DNA of 63,988 bases, filler included, from Octopus bimaculoides (Eukaryota), in assembly GCF_001194135.2 (NCBI RefSeq). It is 9 parts of 6 records of this genome, joined end to end, with 100 filler letters (N's around TTAATTAATTAA, not from the genome) between each part and the next. Parts side by side here need not be neighbours in the genome. Positions count along the whole stretch, not along the records: positions 34,149 to 54,392 come from NC_068987.1; 8 more parts are not named here. One strand, given 5' to 3'. Under the pieces are notes generated by a model, which was not told the origin of the DNA, did no database searches, and worked only from the letters and a program-made list of their open reading frames with translations. Below are positions 37,831-51,485 of this stretch, piece by piece; the first letter of the stretch is position 1; every line of letters starts with the position of its first letter. A program made the translations under genes and the position numbers.

Positions 37831-39729
37831 TTCAGAGACTACAGGCGCAACTGTTTCATCTCTTAGCGGAGACATTTATTTTCTAGCTGTCCCGACTGAC
37901 TGGTAAAATCTTGTACCGATTGCTTGAGCCTCCACCACAGAGATGATCAAACACTCATTTATGTTTTCAAAATCTATTTCCATATCAATTCAAATGACTT
38001 ATCTTCATAGTCTTGATTATTTGGAAAAAAAGATATCTAAAAAGCCCACCCATCGAAACTTCTGTGTCATTGCATATTAGTAAGAGAATTTCCCTGCTTT
38101 CCTGTTTTTAACAAATAATCTCATACCCTCAGAATCTGTTTACACGCAAATATAAACATAAACATACATATACTTACGCACACAAACACACAAACACACA
38201 CATATCATTCTTAAACAATAATATTGTTGACAGTGACTTCGAATTTCCGGCCANNNNNNNNNNTCTTAAACAATAATATTGTTGACAGTGACTTCGAATT
38301 TCCGGCCAGTTAAGCCGTTATTGGACTGTACATATTTGTTTACGAGATTAGTAGTAAACAAATTATCTGTCTTTTTCAGACACCTCACATTTCTGATTGT
38401 CGAACACTTAGCTATTGAAATCATGACAGGCACGCAGGGTGACATTTATCTCAAACACTATTCAGTAATACACGGATGTTCTGATTCTCTTCCATCAGAA
38501 CCCGTGGAGTATGTTAATGTGATACAGAGTGATTATTCTATCGACTCGTATTAATGTGTTAATTCATTCCCTAGATCGTCTATCATTTCCTTCTCATTTT
38601 CCAAAAAATAAATTACCACTCGACTACTGGGGCCAATGTAATGGGCAATCTCTTCTCTTTATCATCGCTGGACTTGTGCCTATATTGTTTTTGTAGTTGT
38701 TGTTTTGCAAGCGCGGCCACCGTCATCGTCGTCGTATTTACTTGGAAAATGTCCCAAATCTATATAATGATTGGCAAAAGATCACACATTTGTATGAAAA
38801 TGATATAGAGTGATAGAATTGACACCTTTCATGTCTGGGACGAATTATATCTAGTGTGGAGAGACTAACGCTGAAGTTAACTGCATGATTTCAACCCAGT
38901 ACCTGAATACATAACTGAATAACAATCCTAATTATTGGAAGGATTCTAATTCGGTGCAATACCGTCCCGAACCATCAAGGTTATTGCGAACGCACATATC
39001 GGTAAAGTTATAATTGAAATAATTGGCTTTGATTGTAATTGCAATAATTAAAGTCTGTTTGTTAATATGAAAACAAACTTACTGATTTACATTTATAGTA
39101 TACCTAATAACGATTTTCAATATAGTTACACTTGCAAATGGTTGGGTAAGAAGCTCTATAGTCAACAGTATATACAACAGTTCTTCGTGGGTATTAGGTT
39201 GTCTAACAAAAAATAGATAAAAATTATCAGATTGAATGCCTAACAAAAGTATCATGAAATATCATTGAAGAGATTTATATTAAGCTACGAGTTCAAACAG
39301 GAATCCAACGTGTGCAGGTTCAAACGTGGAAAATTATGAATGTATAATGCAAATGATTTCAGAATAGTATAAGAGGTGGGTGCAAGATTTCCAGTAAAGG
39401 GTAACAAAAAGATCGGTCAAAAAGTACTACCTTCAACTAGTGTGGGCGAATAGATATATACGTTTGGTACTCTTTTAGTACGGAGAAGGTAGTGATTCTA
39501 ATAGGAATGTCGGTGCTACGAACAGAAAATACTTATCTGAAAAAAACAACAAGAAACATTCTTGGGAGTAATCTGTTTTAAAAGCAATAAAAATCATTCA
39601 AACAAAACTAAACGTTTTATACACGAGAATGCAGTATTTCCAATCAATAAAGATATGCAGCTATACAGCATAATAATGCTACATGATAAAGGCTAGATAA
39701 ACTAATACCTCTGCTTACAAGTATATATA

Positions 39730-41300
39730 CATATCCCTCTTCACGGTTGGAACACTGTAGCTTTTGCTTAGTACACTGTAGCCTAGGTGTTACATCGGCC
39801 TTCTACTGGGTAGTAATTTCTAATCTTACATGAACACCCTGCCTCTCTCCGTGGGTGCACAGCTGAAGAAGTTCCTTAAATTATGTCACTTAAAGATCTT
39901 TGTATATTCGTGTGATCGCGTGAAATGCTTAGCAACCAACTTAAGGAAAATTTTACATATGCATGTCTAGACGTTAAGGGATAATGGGGGAGCAAATTAT
40001 AAGGTCATGCCGTGTCGTTTCCTTTTATGGTTGCTCACTCCTGGTGTATATACTTCAGGATCTTTGAAACACCTGGCTGCTAGTAACTCATTGTAAGCGG
40101 GAGCCGCTTCGTTGAACATATCCTTATTTGAAGATAAGATCGAAATCCGTTTACTGATACCTTTTATTAGATGTTGAACACTATGAGTGGGTGGCAGGAG
40201 GCTGTGTTAATGTATGATGACCTATCATTCGATTTGCGGTATGGTCTGTAGGTGCCACTGTCAAAACCAAGCGTGACATCATCGATGGTGAGCTTAGTCT
40301 CTTTGATGACTTTAAGGCCAAGGTCGTTGAGGGTGTGTATGCTGTTTTTTCTAAGTCTAGCTAACGTATGGCCGTTAGCGCCCGTGGAGATGTCAAAGGC
40401 ATAATCTCTATATACACCGAAGTGGACAGAGGAGAATTTATTACCCAGGATGTCCAGAATATAACACCCTATAAGGTTGCATATATCAGCGTTGTTTTAT
40501 GCCCCATCGCGAAGTTGAAGGAGCCTTTAGGATCAGTTCGTTTGACCCAGGTTGGATCTTGGTTGAACAGTAGTGCTTTCCTAGTGTGCATAATTATATC
40601 TATTTCTCTATCACTGATGTCGGTAATTCGTCTAGCATATACTAACGCCCTACCAAGTAACATTTTCGATATCGATGGATGAATGTCTACTATATCGAAT
40701 TGTATGAACTAAAAGTGCTTCGTTTTGTCTCAAACCAACGTAATACCGCGATTGTATTAAGCCATAAAGAGAAATTAGATGCCTTCCTTATGTCTCTATT
40801 AACACTTCTTAGGATGTGTTTACTCACCAGTCCGATTTCGGATTTGGCAGGGTTAATCATGCGGCATTTAGCGTTAGAAGTCAAGTTCGGTTTGTGAACC
40901 TTGATAATTATAAAAGCATTACGTTCAGCTAGCATTTCTACCCTGTCGGCGACGTCTTGGTTGTTGGCTATTCGTTTTCCCTCATTATTGCAGCCCATCT
41001 ATATTTTTGTGTGATGCTGTTCTGTAAGAGTCTGTTATAGTGGTCACTTTCTATCTTATACAGGTTCTTTGTCTTATCTGAAAATAGTAGGGTTGTATCT
41101 GTATGCTTCTAGACCTCATGTTAAAGTGGTCTTCGTCGGTGTGTAGTGCAGCTTGGTCGAAGAAAAAAGCGGTTCCCCTCATGCGTCTTATAATATCAAT
41201 AATAAGCATTCTTTTGTATACTTTATATGATGGTGTAGGAATAATCTTATAGGAATATCCAATGTTGTGTAAATTAATTTGTGCGGAGAATATTACGGAT
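39730..41300 (-). mobile_element. Penelope-like element reverse transcriptase, degenerate but near full-length
   Basis: NIGYSYKIIPTPS, DKTKNLY, KVHKPNLTSNAKCRMINPAKSEIG, FDIVDIHPSIS, IIMHTRKALLFN, DVTLGFDSGTYRPYRK and YINTASCHP follow the order of PLE RT motifs. Confidence 0.9.
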
Positions 41301-41459
41301 AATTCGTGATTATGTAGAAGCTCCCAGCCGGCGGTGACGTTGTGAGAAACGGACCTAGTAGCGGTCTATTTTCATACACTTTTTGACTGGGTAGCGAAGA
41401 ACCTTCGTTATAAGATCATACATCGGAAAAAAGAGCATACATCGGAAAAAAGAGCATAC

Positions 41460-41860
41460 AGTCTAAAATATAGAGCAGGTGTTTAGTTTTGTATGTATCA
41501 TCAACACCAATAGAGGGACATATACTAAACTTTATGTCGGATATTGTGAATCCACATTCAAAATTTGCCTCAACAACCACAGATCTTCTTACAGAGTCTC
41601 GGAGAGACGCAACACGACACTCGCAGCATAATGTATGGAGCCTAAGGGACGATCATACGCCATTTAGCATCATGTGCAAATTACTAGAAGCTTGTGGACC
41701 CTATCGCAATGGATACAGTCAGTGTAAATTGTGTATGGCAGAAAAATATATAATCCTTATGGTCACATATGAGCCAAGAGGCTACCTGAACTCCAGGACA
41801 GAAAACGTAGGTGAGTTGTCCACATTTTCGAAAAATTTTACTTCAAAACCTAGCTATTAA
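41460..41860 (+). mobile_element. Penelope-like GIY-YIG endonuclease C-terminal half, opposite strand to its RT
   Basis: HNVWSLRDDHTPFSIMCKLLEACGPYRNGYSQCKLCMAEKYIIL...YLNSRTE matches the PLE EN C-terminus (LSKHIWxLK...CxLCLxEKxxI...LNxRxE). Confidence 0.85.
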
Positions 41861-42031
41861 GCGAAGGAAGTCAACTCGCCCAGCTATAATTTTTTAGGAG
41901 GAATATTTCTTCTACTATCATCGGCGTCCTTGCAGAGGCAGTTAGTCAACGTTTAGAGAAACTGAAGATATGCTTAGTTCACGTGAGATATGAAATCATT
42001 TTTTTTTCCCGAAACTGTTACTTTAAAAAAG

Positions 42032-42078
<47 letters not shown>

Positions 42079-43307
42079 CTCAAAGACATTCCGTCTTTAA
42101 TTTTCACGTTTTATTTACATTATAATAATGATATGATATATGACATTATAATTTTATGAAATGATAGAATACTAAATGTCCATTCTGATTGAACTAGTGC
42201 TTTCTTGCATTAAACTATGCAATCTTCAGGTTCATATAATAGTGGTGACAGTTATGTTTTACAATTGTAGTGAGATGGCTAAAATGTGTGCCTTAAATTC
42301 ATTTGTATATGCTCCAGAATATAACGTTTTGCAAACTGCATTTTAACCAATCAGTGTGTGGCTTTACAAAATTACTGAAGTTGTTTGGTGTTTGGTTTAG
42401 GCGCTACATTTTCATGAACATGACAAGAGACCCGTATTTCGAACCTGGCCAAATCAGTAATTGTTTGGCTATTTTTGCAAATGTTGTAAACATTTACAAT
42501 TCAATTACAATCGTCTTTATTTTTGTGGTCGTTGGTGGTGGTGATTCTGGTGCTGGTGGGAGGGGTAGCTGTGGTAAAAGAACTTTAATCCCTAAATAAG
42601 ATTATTTTTTTCTGAATTTTCTCTTGACTTGGTATTTTCTTGCTATTGCTGTTAGTGTTATTGTTGTTGTGAGTCGAAGTGGTCGTAGAAATTCAAATAG
42701 TACCTTTAGGTATTATTATTGCAGACTTAGATTCGGTTTCACAAGTGCACACACCTTTATTGATACATAAGTATGTACCGTTCTAATGCTAAAAAGAAGT
42801 AAAGATTGTTTTAACCTTCAGTGTTTTAGTAAACCATAAACAGGAGTGAAAACACACAAATTTAACTATAAACAATACTTTCACTTTCACATAAAGCCGT
42901 ATCGTTATAGCTGAAAATCTGTTCATATTATGTCATGAACTTCAAAATCGTTTTACATTTTAGATCGCATTTTGACATTTATGAATCTTGTCATGCATTG
43001 TATTTTGTGATTTGAGATTAATACATATTTTACACGATGTATATACTGTGCAAGCTGTAACATGGCCGTCATTCGTCTAGCGTATGTTACATCTAAATAT
43101 TCATATACANNNNNNNNNNNNNNNNNNNNNNNNNNNNNNNNNNNNNNNNNNNNNNNNNNNNNNNNNNNNNNNNNNNNNNNNNNNNNNNNNNNNNNNNNNN
43201 NNNNNNNNNNNNNNNNNNNNNNNNNNNNNNNNNNNNNNNNNNNNNNNNNNNNNNNNNNNNNNNNNNNNNNNNNNNNNNNNNNNNNNNNNNNNNNNNNNNN
43301 NNNNNNN

Positions 43308-43344
<37 letters not shown>

Positions 43345-43389
43345 ACATATATATATATATATATGGTAGTTGTCTACGCCTTATGCAGA

Positions 43390-44050
43390 GTTTGAGCATC
43401 TCTTGTACCTAAGAACTGCAGTTAAGTTCTGATCTTTATGGATCTTAAAATGCCTTTTGAGGCATCCGTTAGATTTGGAAACCTTCTGGCATACATTGAA
43501 TTGAAAGCGGTGAGCAGACATATAGGTATAATTCTTGGTGGAGATTCGTTTTCCATGGGTTTGCAAATAGGATTTGAGTCCGGCAAAAGGAAGGCATCAT
43601 CTGTAACAAACTGTGCATATACAAAAATGTCATTGTGACTCAGCTCGAACATAGCAGTTTTCTATAAATTTCTCTTGAGTCTTGCATGCGTTAACCTGGA
43701 CTCTTCAAACGCTTCCATTCCACTCAACACTTTTGTTCGCCGTCCAGCTCGATCCGAAGCAAGGGTTACTATGTCCTCTGGATCCATTCAAAGTGATTTC
43801 ATAGTAGTTATTATGCCGTCTTTAAACCTGTTTTTAGCTTTGCATCGGTAGCGTTTCCCCTCTGCAAGCTCACCATAGAACAGCTGTATGGGCGTGCGTT
43901 CATCCACCATTCGACCATATAGCCACACCCTCTCATTTGGTTTTTCAAAACCATAGCTTTAATTAAGGTGATGGCTGCAAATGCAAGGACAACTGTGTCT
44001 GGAGTAAAAGTACTCAACTTAATGTTTAAAACGCAATGAAGGCCCTTGAA
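43390..44050 (-). mobile_element. Second, more decayed Penelope-like RT fragment
   Basis: QMRG..AM..PYSC resembles RT domain 4, and ICKPME..NYTYMSAH resembles the thumb motif YxKPT..YLxxxSxH. Frameshifted. Confidence 0.45.
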
Positions 44051-44064
44051 AGTTCTTTCCTAAC

Positions 44065-44469
44065 ATGTCCGTGTTCCAGATGAATACATCAGGGATGGTA
44101 AGACAAATGATTTGTAAGGAGCCAATTTTGTATTGTTATTTATATAACGTTGGCGCTAGACACGTGACTCCAAGCCACCAAATGCATGTGCTGGCCTTTG
44201 AATTTGCAGAGCACCATTGCTTGAGCCTGCATTTTGACAAGCCCAAACGGTACTGTCCTACGGTGGCCCCTTGCATGTCTATTATGGATCAATGTTATGA
44301 AATATATATTGGTCAAGATAGAAACTCGCTACCGTATTACATCGGAGAGTGCACTCAAATATTTCAGAACCCTGATGTCAGGCAAATGCTACGAAACGGT
44401 GGCTTGGAAGTTGATGAAAGTAATAGTCTTCATATGTTTTCGTATATTTTATGGCGGAATTACAATTAA
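44065..44469 (+). mobile_element. Penelope-like GIY-YIG remnant
   Basis: CM...CYEIYIGQDRNSL...QIFQNPDVRQM resembles CxxCxxxYIGQTxxxL...QQIxxPxxRQ. Confidence 0.55.
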
Positions 44470-47400
44470 ACAAAGGATCGACTTTAAAAATATTACGAAG
44501 TTCAAAACAGTTCCGAATAGTCTTTGTTACTGGGTTGATTAAAAACAAATTATCCGAAAATTGGGGTGATACTGAAAGTATTTCATAGAATATGTTGCCT
44601 TTTTCTGACTGACATCACATTGATACCTTTCTTTCAGACAAATTCTAGTTCCAGGTGTCCCACTGCAGCTCTTTGTGCCATCCAGTTTCTACCTATCAAT
44701 ATATCTGACTTGAACAAGATATTAATCACGTTCTTCAGCAACATACAAAGCCGCTAATTTTAGCTTGATTGATAGCAGAGTGAAAATATTACAATACAGT
44801 TAACTGTAAGTACATAGGCTATATGACATGTATATGTAACTAGTCATTTATACGATGTTTCTTTTATTTGCAGAAATGTATACCTTTCGCTTAGATTTGT
44901 CTTGTTTAAACAGGAGAAAAGGTGTTTTTAAGGCACAGGATAGCGTGTATTTTGGATGCGAACATGCATCTTAAAATATAGGAACACTGTATCTGTGAAT
45001 CTACACCAAATTCTGAATGTCTATATAAAGATGCAAGTATAATTATAGTTTTTCGATATCATGAATCACACCTAATTATAATTACGTGTTCCTATTTAAG
45101 CAGAACAATAAAGCTGGAAGACACATAACATATATATTTGTCAATTTTGCTAATGAAATCTGATTTATAATAATGCTAAATTGGAAAGAGAGTAGCTATC
45201 ACAGAATGACTAGAAATTTTTTTTTTCTGGAAGAGAAACAACCAGAAAACTATATGATATTCTAACATCACGTGCAAAAATTTTGAAAATGCTAAATAAC
45301 ATTTTTGATATTAACCAAACATGCGCCAATGAGAAGACATTCAACTAATTAATGAAGATATAAGTAATAAAAGAGAGAAGCATTTCCAGTTATTTCTAGG
45401 CAAGTTTGTCGAAATCACTAAAAACGAAAAATAATTGGATACAAAACATGAAATATTGAGTTTAAGAAGCCTAGTAAAGTGAAATATAACTAATTGTGGA
45501 ACTGGTATATACCTCAAGATAATAATGAACAGCTTGCTTCTTATAAAAAAAAAACGAAGTAGAGAAGTTGTATATCAATTTAAAGACAAAACACTTAACG
45601 TAACTTCAGAAATTGCTACAATATATACAACCGAAGGAAAGAAGCAGAGACCATCGTTTTAGTTTTAAAGCTTTTATTTCAAGTATGAATGGAAATGAAG
45701 TATTGTTTTCGCTCAAAAGTTTTCCAAAATTTTGATAATTTAATTTCATTAGTCATCAAGATACAACAAAAACAACCAAGCATTGAAAGTAGATGCCATC
45801 GCGTCGCACCGTCTGCGACCACCAATCTCACACATTTTATTTTTTTATCTCACGCTGATACAAGTTCTTATCCTTCTAGGCGAAGAACCTCTTAACTGGC
45901 GATCCTACCTCTGCAAGTGCCATCTGTTCGATTACATCTAGTTCCTGAAGCTTATTGCTTATTAAATTTTTTCATAAACATCAATCATAATCATGCCAGG
46001 GTGGAAGCTGAGATACAATTCTGACCTGATGGAACAGTTATAATAAAATGCATTCAAGACGGACAGTCCACTATTTTCAGTAGGGCGCGTTTTTCAGAAA
46101 GTTTTCAACTCTACAGTAATTTATAGATCATTTTTTTGTTTTGTTTTTGCTTCATTTCCTTTTCCAGTGTGGGAGATCCTACGCATTATAATGTGGGCAG
46201 ACATTTTAACTCTCAAGTATCAACTTCCCGACTTCCTTCTCCAATATGTCTTCATTTAAAAGACGATAGAGTTCGGTATGGAAAAATATATACTGGGTCG
46301 AGTGAGAACGAGCGGAAACCAAGAGGTACTAAGAACTACAGGGATTTATAGAAAATCCCAAACTTTTTATTTTCTGAATGGGACAAAGAATGGCATGAAT
46401 TTAGTATCTCGTATTTAGTTGATAGAAATAACTAAAAGATGAAGCGGTAGCTGTGATTTCATGCATTTCGCTTATTACGTATAAGTTATTATTGTGTATT
46501 GCGAAATAATTTGCAAGTGTAACTTAAAATATTTTCACATTTGATGGATGAATTATTACACAATGCTTTTTAACTACTGATGTATAATTATCTTAATTCA
46601 ATCATAAGCTAATACGAATGATAATGTAAAAAAATAAAATATACATAAGGCAAGATATTCAGATTAATAGCAAATTGATTTAGGTTTTCTGGTACGCTGT
46701 TAAATTTTTTCAAAGAAAATAAGAATGATTATCTAACCGAAATACGTAAAAGCTATTGAAATGTGTTAGCAACTTGTTCCTTATCAGCTCCAGCGATACA
46801 GACATGAAAATGAAGCTACGGTACCTGCGAGATGTGTAAAAGAAACAATTATTTTGAAATACAGCAACTACTGAAAACAATTTGTGCTGAAAAGAGCGTA
46901 ACGATTCAATTAACCCTCAATCCCGAATATCACATGTTAACTTATGAGTTTTATGAAATTTATACACCAAAACTAAACATAATACTACATTAAATACCAA
47001 TCACATATTAAGTTAGTTAACATTACCTCTGTTAGTTCCAAAAAAATATGTATTAGCTTTAATTTTGTGACGTGAATGACGCTAAATAGAAAATAGTGAA
47101 AAGGTGTCACACTCACAAACAGACAGGAACGTTCTCACAGACATTCTCCCGCCACGCATACACACATACATATACACACATGTAGATACATACATACGTA
47201 TATATGTTTCCATTTGGTTTCTGTATTCCATACGTGCGCATAGTCAGGATGCTTGTATTGGGAGCATCACATCAATCTGTCTTTTGTCTGTCTGCCTGTC
47301 AGTCTCTCTCTGTATACGCACACATATATATGCATATTTTCACACACACGTATATATATGTATCTATATATACATATATATATATCAACATATATACACA

Positions 47401-49489
47401 CACATATATATATGCATATATATATATATATATGTGTGTGTACGTGTGTGTGTGTGTGTGTGTGTATGTGTATACATATATATATATGAGAGAGAGAAAT
47501 AGTCTTACCGATGTGTCTGGTATATGGATAACCCTTCATCACACCGTAAGACTATTTCCTTATAAATATCCTGAAAACTCCTCTCAGCCTTGGCTTTGTT
47601 ATTACATTCTCTCTCGAATATATATATATATATATATATACTTACATGTACATATATATGTATTATATAAGTGTATGTGTGCGCGTGCATGCTGTATATA
47701 GTAAATATATACTTGCAGACATGAATACTTTACAGACATATTTCTGATTATGTTCTGGAGACTCTTTCTCATATTGATGAAGATGAAGAGATGTTCATAT
47801 TTAAAATGAGTTGAAAGATTTTCGTATCGTGTGGCATTGCCCTTGTAGCGAGATATCGTTGTCACCAGTTGATTGTCACTGAACTAAGCCGAAAGACATA
47901 GCGAAGAAAATTTCAGTTGCAGGGTAATTTTGCAAACATAAGTACCAATCGGCTGGTCTTCTTTTCTGCCCTGTCTCTGATACGAGCGTATGTATATATT
48001 TGTGTGCGTATGTTTACGTATGTGTTTGTGTGTGTGTGTGACTGTGTGTGTGAATGTGCATTTGTGTGTTGCATGTTTGCGTGTGTGGGTAGGTGAGAAT
48101 AAAAGTCATCACACATAAATGTGAACGAGACATTAGCCAAAACCTTCACTTGAGCAAATAAACAAGGGACCCTGTCCACATGAAGACGTTTTTGACAGAT
48201 AAGCCTGTCACGGTAGTCTTACAGTAATCGTTGAGCTCTGTAGTAAAGAAAAATATAGTGAACCCAATCTTTTCCGATTACTGTTGATCGGTATTTTTAA
48301 CAACTTTAAAGAATTTTAAGAACTACAGCTTATGCATTAATAGTTCTGTATCGGAAAGACAAAAAAAAGTAAAGCTGCAGAGCTGACAAAGACAGATGTG
48401 AATCTGCAGTAGGGAAAAGCAGTTTGGAACATTAATTTTTTTAAAATCAAAACCAAATAATGCGAGAGTTTCCTAAGGAGAAAAGTTATTTTGAAATTTT
48501 TTTAGCTCTCAGTTCCATGTATAGTTTAAATTATAATATTGTAGCTATAATATTGTAAATTGTCAATTCCAACTTCAGCAAACTCCGAAGTAAACGAAGA
48601 AAATAAAGATGTCATCAAAAATACATCACGCAAAATTTGACAGCGAATAGTATATCTACCACGAACATAGATTCATAGATGTATTATACAACAAAAAGCA
48701 AACAAACAATTATAAAATATTCACTGTTGGAATGGGATGAGAAACAAGCACCAAGTGATACACCAAAATTACATAGTTAGAAATGAAGAACAATGTCTCT
48801 GTTGGAGAAATCCAAACCTGAAAGGAGAAAATACATCACAAATTATAACTAGTAAGGGCAAGCTATTAAAAATAGTTTGATAACCACAAGGAGTGATTAA
48901 AATCAGTCAATCAGCAAAAGCAGAACGTGTAGTAACTATGACAAAATATTTCCCACCACCCAGGTGAGTGCTGTTATCTAACACAAAAACACTTTTGCAG
49001 GTATGTCCTTGTCGGTGAAAGAGGAAAATGAAGTATAGGCAACTCTATTCAAATTATGTGACAGAAACTGGTTATGAATATGAGCTGAATTATATATAAT
49101 CACATGAGCTAAGCGACTTCACTATGGAGACAGATAATAGTTTTGAATAAGGATGACGAGATATGGCAATGAAGAACAGAAAGTACGAAGGTTACAATAT
49201 CGTTGAGATTATACGAAAGAAACTAAGGAAACGTGGAACTAGTAAAAATAGCCAGAGAGATTAAAAGTAGTGCTGCACAAAGATGAACATTGTTTACATA
49301 ATAATTGGTGTACGCTCAAAGAGCCACGTAAGAAGATAAATGATAGTGAATTTGAGATGCATATTGTCAGGCTGAGGGTTTATTCTACAAGAATCCTGTG
49401 AAAGATTCTCGAGATTTAAAGCAACAAAGCAATAAAATCTCAGTAGCGTATCCCGGCGTATTAAACTGGCCTGTAAAAATCACGATGGT

Positions 49490-49573
49490 GATAATGGTGA
49501 TAATGTTGATGATGATGCTGATAATAATAATAATGATAATAATAATAATAATAACAACAACAACAACAACAAC

Positions 49574-49608
<35 letters not shown>

Positions 49609-49621
49609 CAACAACAACAAC

Positions 49622-49659
<38 letters not shown>

Positions 49660-49706
49660 TAATAATAATGATGATAATAATAATAACAACTACAACAACA
49701 ACAACA

Positions 49707-49743
<37 letters not shown>

Positions 49744-49762
49744 CTACACCAACAACAACAAC

Positions 49763-49794
<32 letters not shown>

Positions 49795-49840
49795 TAATAA
49801 TAATAATAATAACAACACCAACAACAATGATAATAATAAC

Positions 49841-49918
<78 letters not shown>

Positions 49919-49950
49919 AATAATAATAACAACAACAACAACAACAACAA
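49490..49950. repeat. Compound (ATA)n/(ACA)n/(ATG)n trinucleotide microsatellite
   Basis: Seen directly; it explains the poly-Ile/Thr/Leu ORFs. Confidence 0.98.
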
Positions 49951-50136
49951 CGGCAACAAAAATCAGGGAACGTTTTCGTTGTGAGATAACCATCTCTATT
50001 ATGCAGAAAACCTTGTCTCTATATTAGGGGCAACAAAACTGTTAAGAGAGGTGCTAGATACCGACCGTCGCGGGAAGTGACTTGCTGTCCAGCATAATTA
50101 ACAGAATTAACATGACACCTCAGCAGTAACAACAAC

Positions 50137-50182
<46 letters not shown>

Positions 50183-50546
50183 TTAATAATAATAATAAGT
50201 TCGGAGGGTATATAATTCTTATTATTTTGACACCCTACAGGAAGAAAAACAAGACCTATAAGAAGGCTAATGAACTCTTACGAGGCAACGTCCACAAAAG
50301 TAGCTTATACCTAAGAGGCAGAAGCAATTATGACGCTTGAACACACCTCGTAGGAGACGGAACTCCAAAAAGTAAACCGGGATAACAGGAATCCCATATC
50401 CTAGGGTGGAGATTCTGTCAGTGATGATGTCACAAGAAAACAATACTGGTTGTTGTGCAACTTATAATTCACTAACCCTTATCATGGGTGCTGAAATGTG
50501 AAATAGAAAGAGGAATGATATTGGTGTGAATAAGGCTGAAACACCT

Positions 50547-51485
50547 TGTGAAGGTCACTCACCCGGCGGGTGCCCCCAGGAGTGAGCAGCGTGGGCCCAG
50601 TCGTCATCAAGCGACTGCTAAACGTAGGTGGTCAAAAGACATGAGTGAGGCTGTAATGCAGTGGGTAATCCTAGAAATGATAATGAAGTACTCGCTAGGA
50701 TATATAGGGAAAGAATGCACAAGACATGGAGCGACTTAATTCACCTATTTGAATTAAGTGAACGAAATCTGTGTGACCAAGCTAGAGCCATCAGAAAGAA
50801 TGAATGGTTATCTCCAGTTGAACTAGAAAGCATTAAGAGACAGGTGCTTAGGGATAGTAAGACCAGCAGTGAACGGAATGATGAGAAAGAGAATGCAGGT
50901 AGTGAAAGTATGGCTGTAGAGTTGGAGAAATAAAACGAGCATGAGGCTGAGATTATTGATCAGGAAAGAGCTGAGAGAATAGAGGAACGAATATCCATTT
51001 TAAATGAAATCATCTGGGGAACATAGATTTTATACAGGGTTTCAAAAAGTAGACAGCAACTCAATGAATATGTCAAGAAGATAAAATATATCACTGGTGA
51101 TATCAGGACTGACAACATCACAGACACTAACAATCTAATAAATCCAATCTTGATCTTTATATCCCGGAATTTAGGTTTGAAAGCCAGAGGTAAATGTCAG
51201 CATAACCTGAAGGAACCATGGTGGAAAAGGAGAATAACGCAGACTATTAACGATACCAGAAAACATATTAATATTCTGGAACGGAAAAAAAAGAGATGAA
51301 GCTCAGCGAGAGAAATGTGTTGCGCCAGAGAGGAAGTATAGGGTGAAGGGAAAGGGAATCAATGTAGTTTCTGAGGAATTAAAGCATTGGTTGAAAGCTA
51401 AAGCACTTAAAATAAAGAGATACGAACAGAAAATTGAGCAATCCAGATTAAACAGACTTTTCGAACAAAATAAGAAACCAGTCTA
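50547..51485 (+). mobile_element. N-terminal region of an R4/Dong-like (RLE-type) non-LTR retrotransposon
   Basis: KRRWSKDMSEAVM, YRERMHKTW, LCDQARAIRKNEWLS, EPWWKRRI and ELKHWLKAKALKIKRYEQKIEQSRLNRLFEQN. Confidence 0.75.

Noticed and set aside
38209-38308. 45-bp direct repeat flanking a 10-N gap
   Set aside because: Typical unmerged contig overlap, an assembly artefact.
49385-50027. ORFs of about 200 aa of poly-Ile/Thr/Val, and similar ORFs at 22.7-23.1, 33, 47, 53.7-54.2, 55.3-55.8 and 56.7-57.3 kb
   Set aside because: Microsatellite translations.
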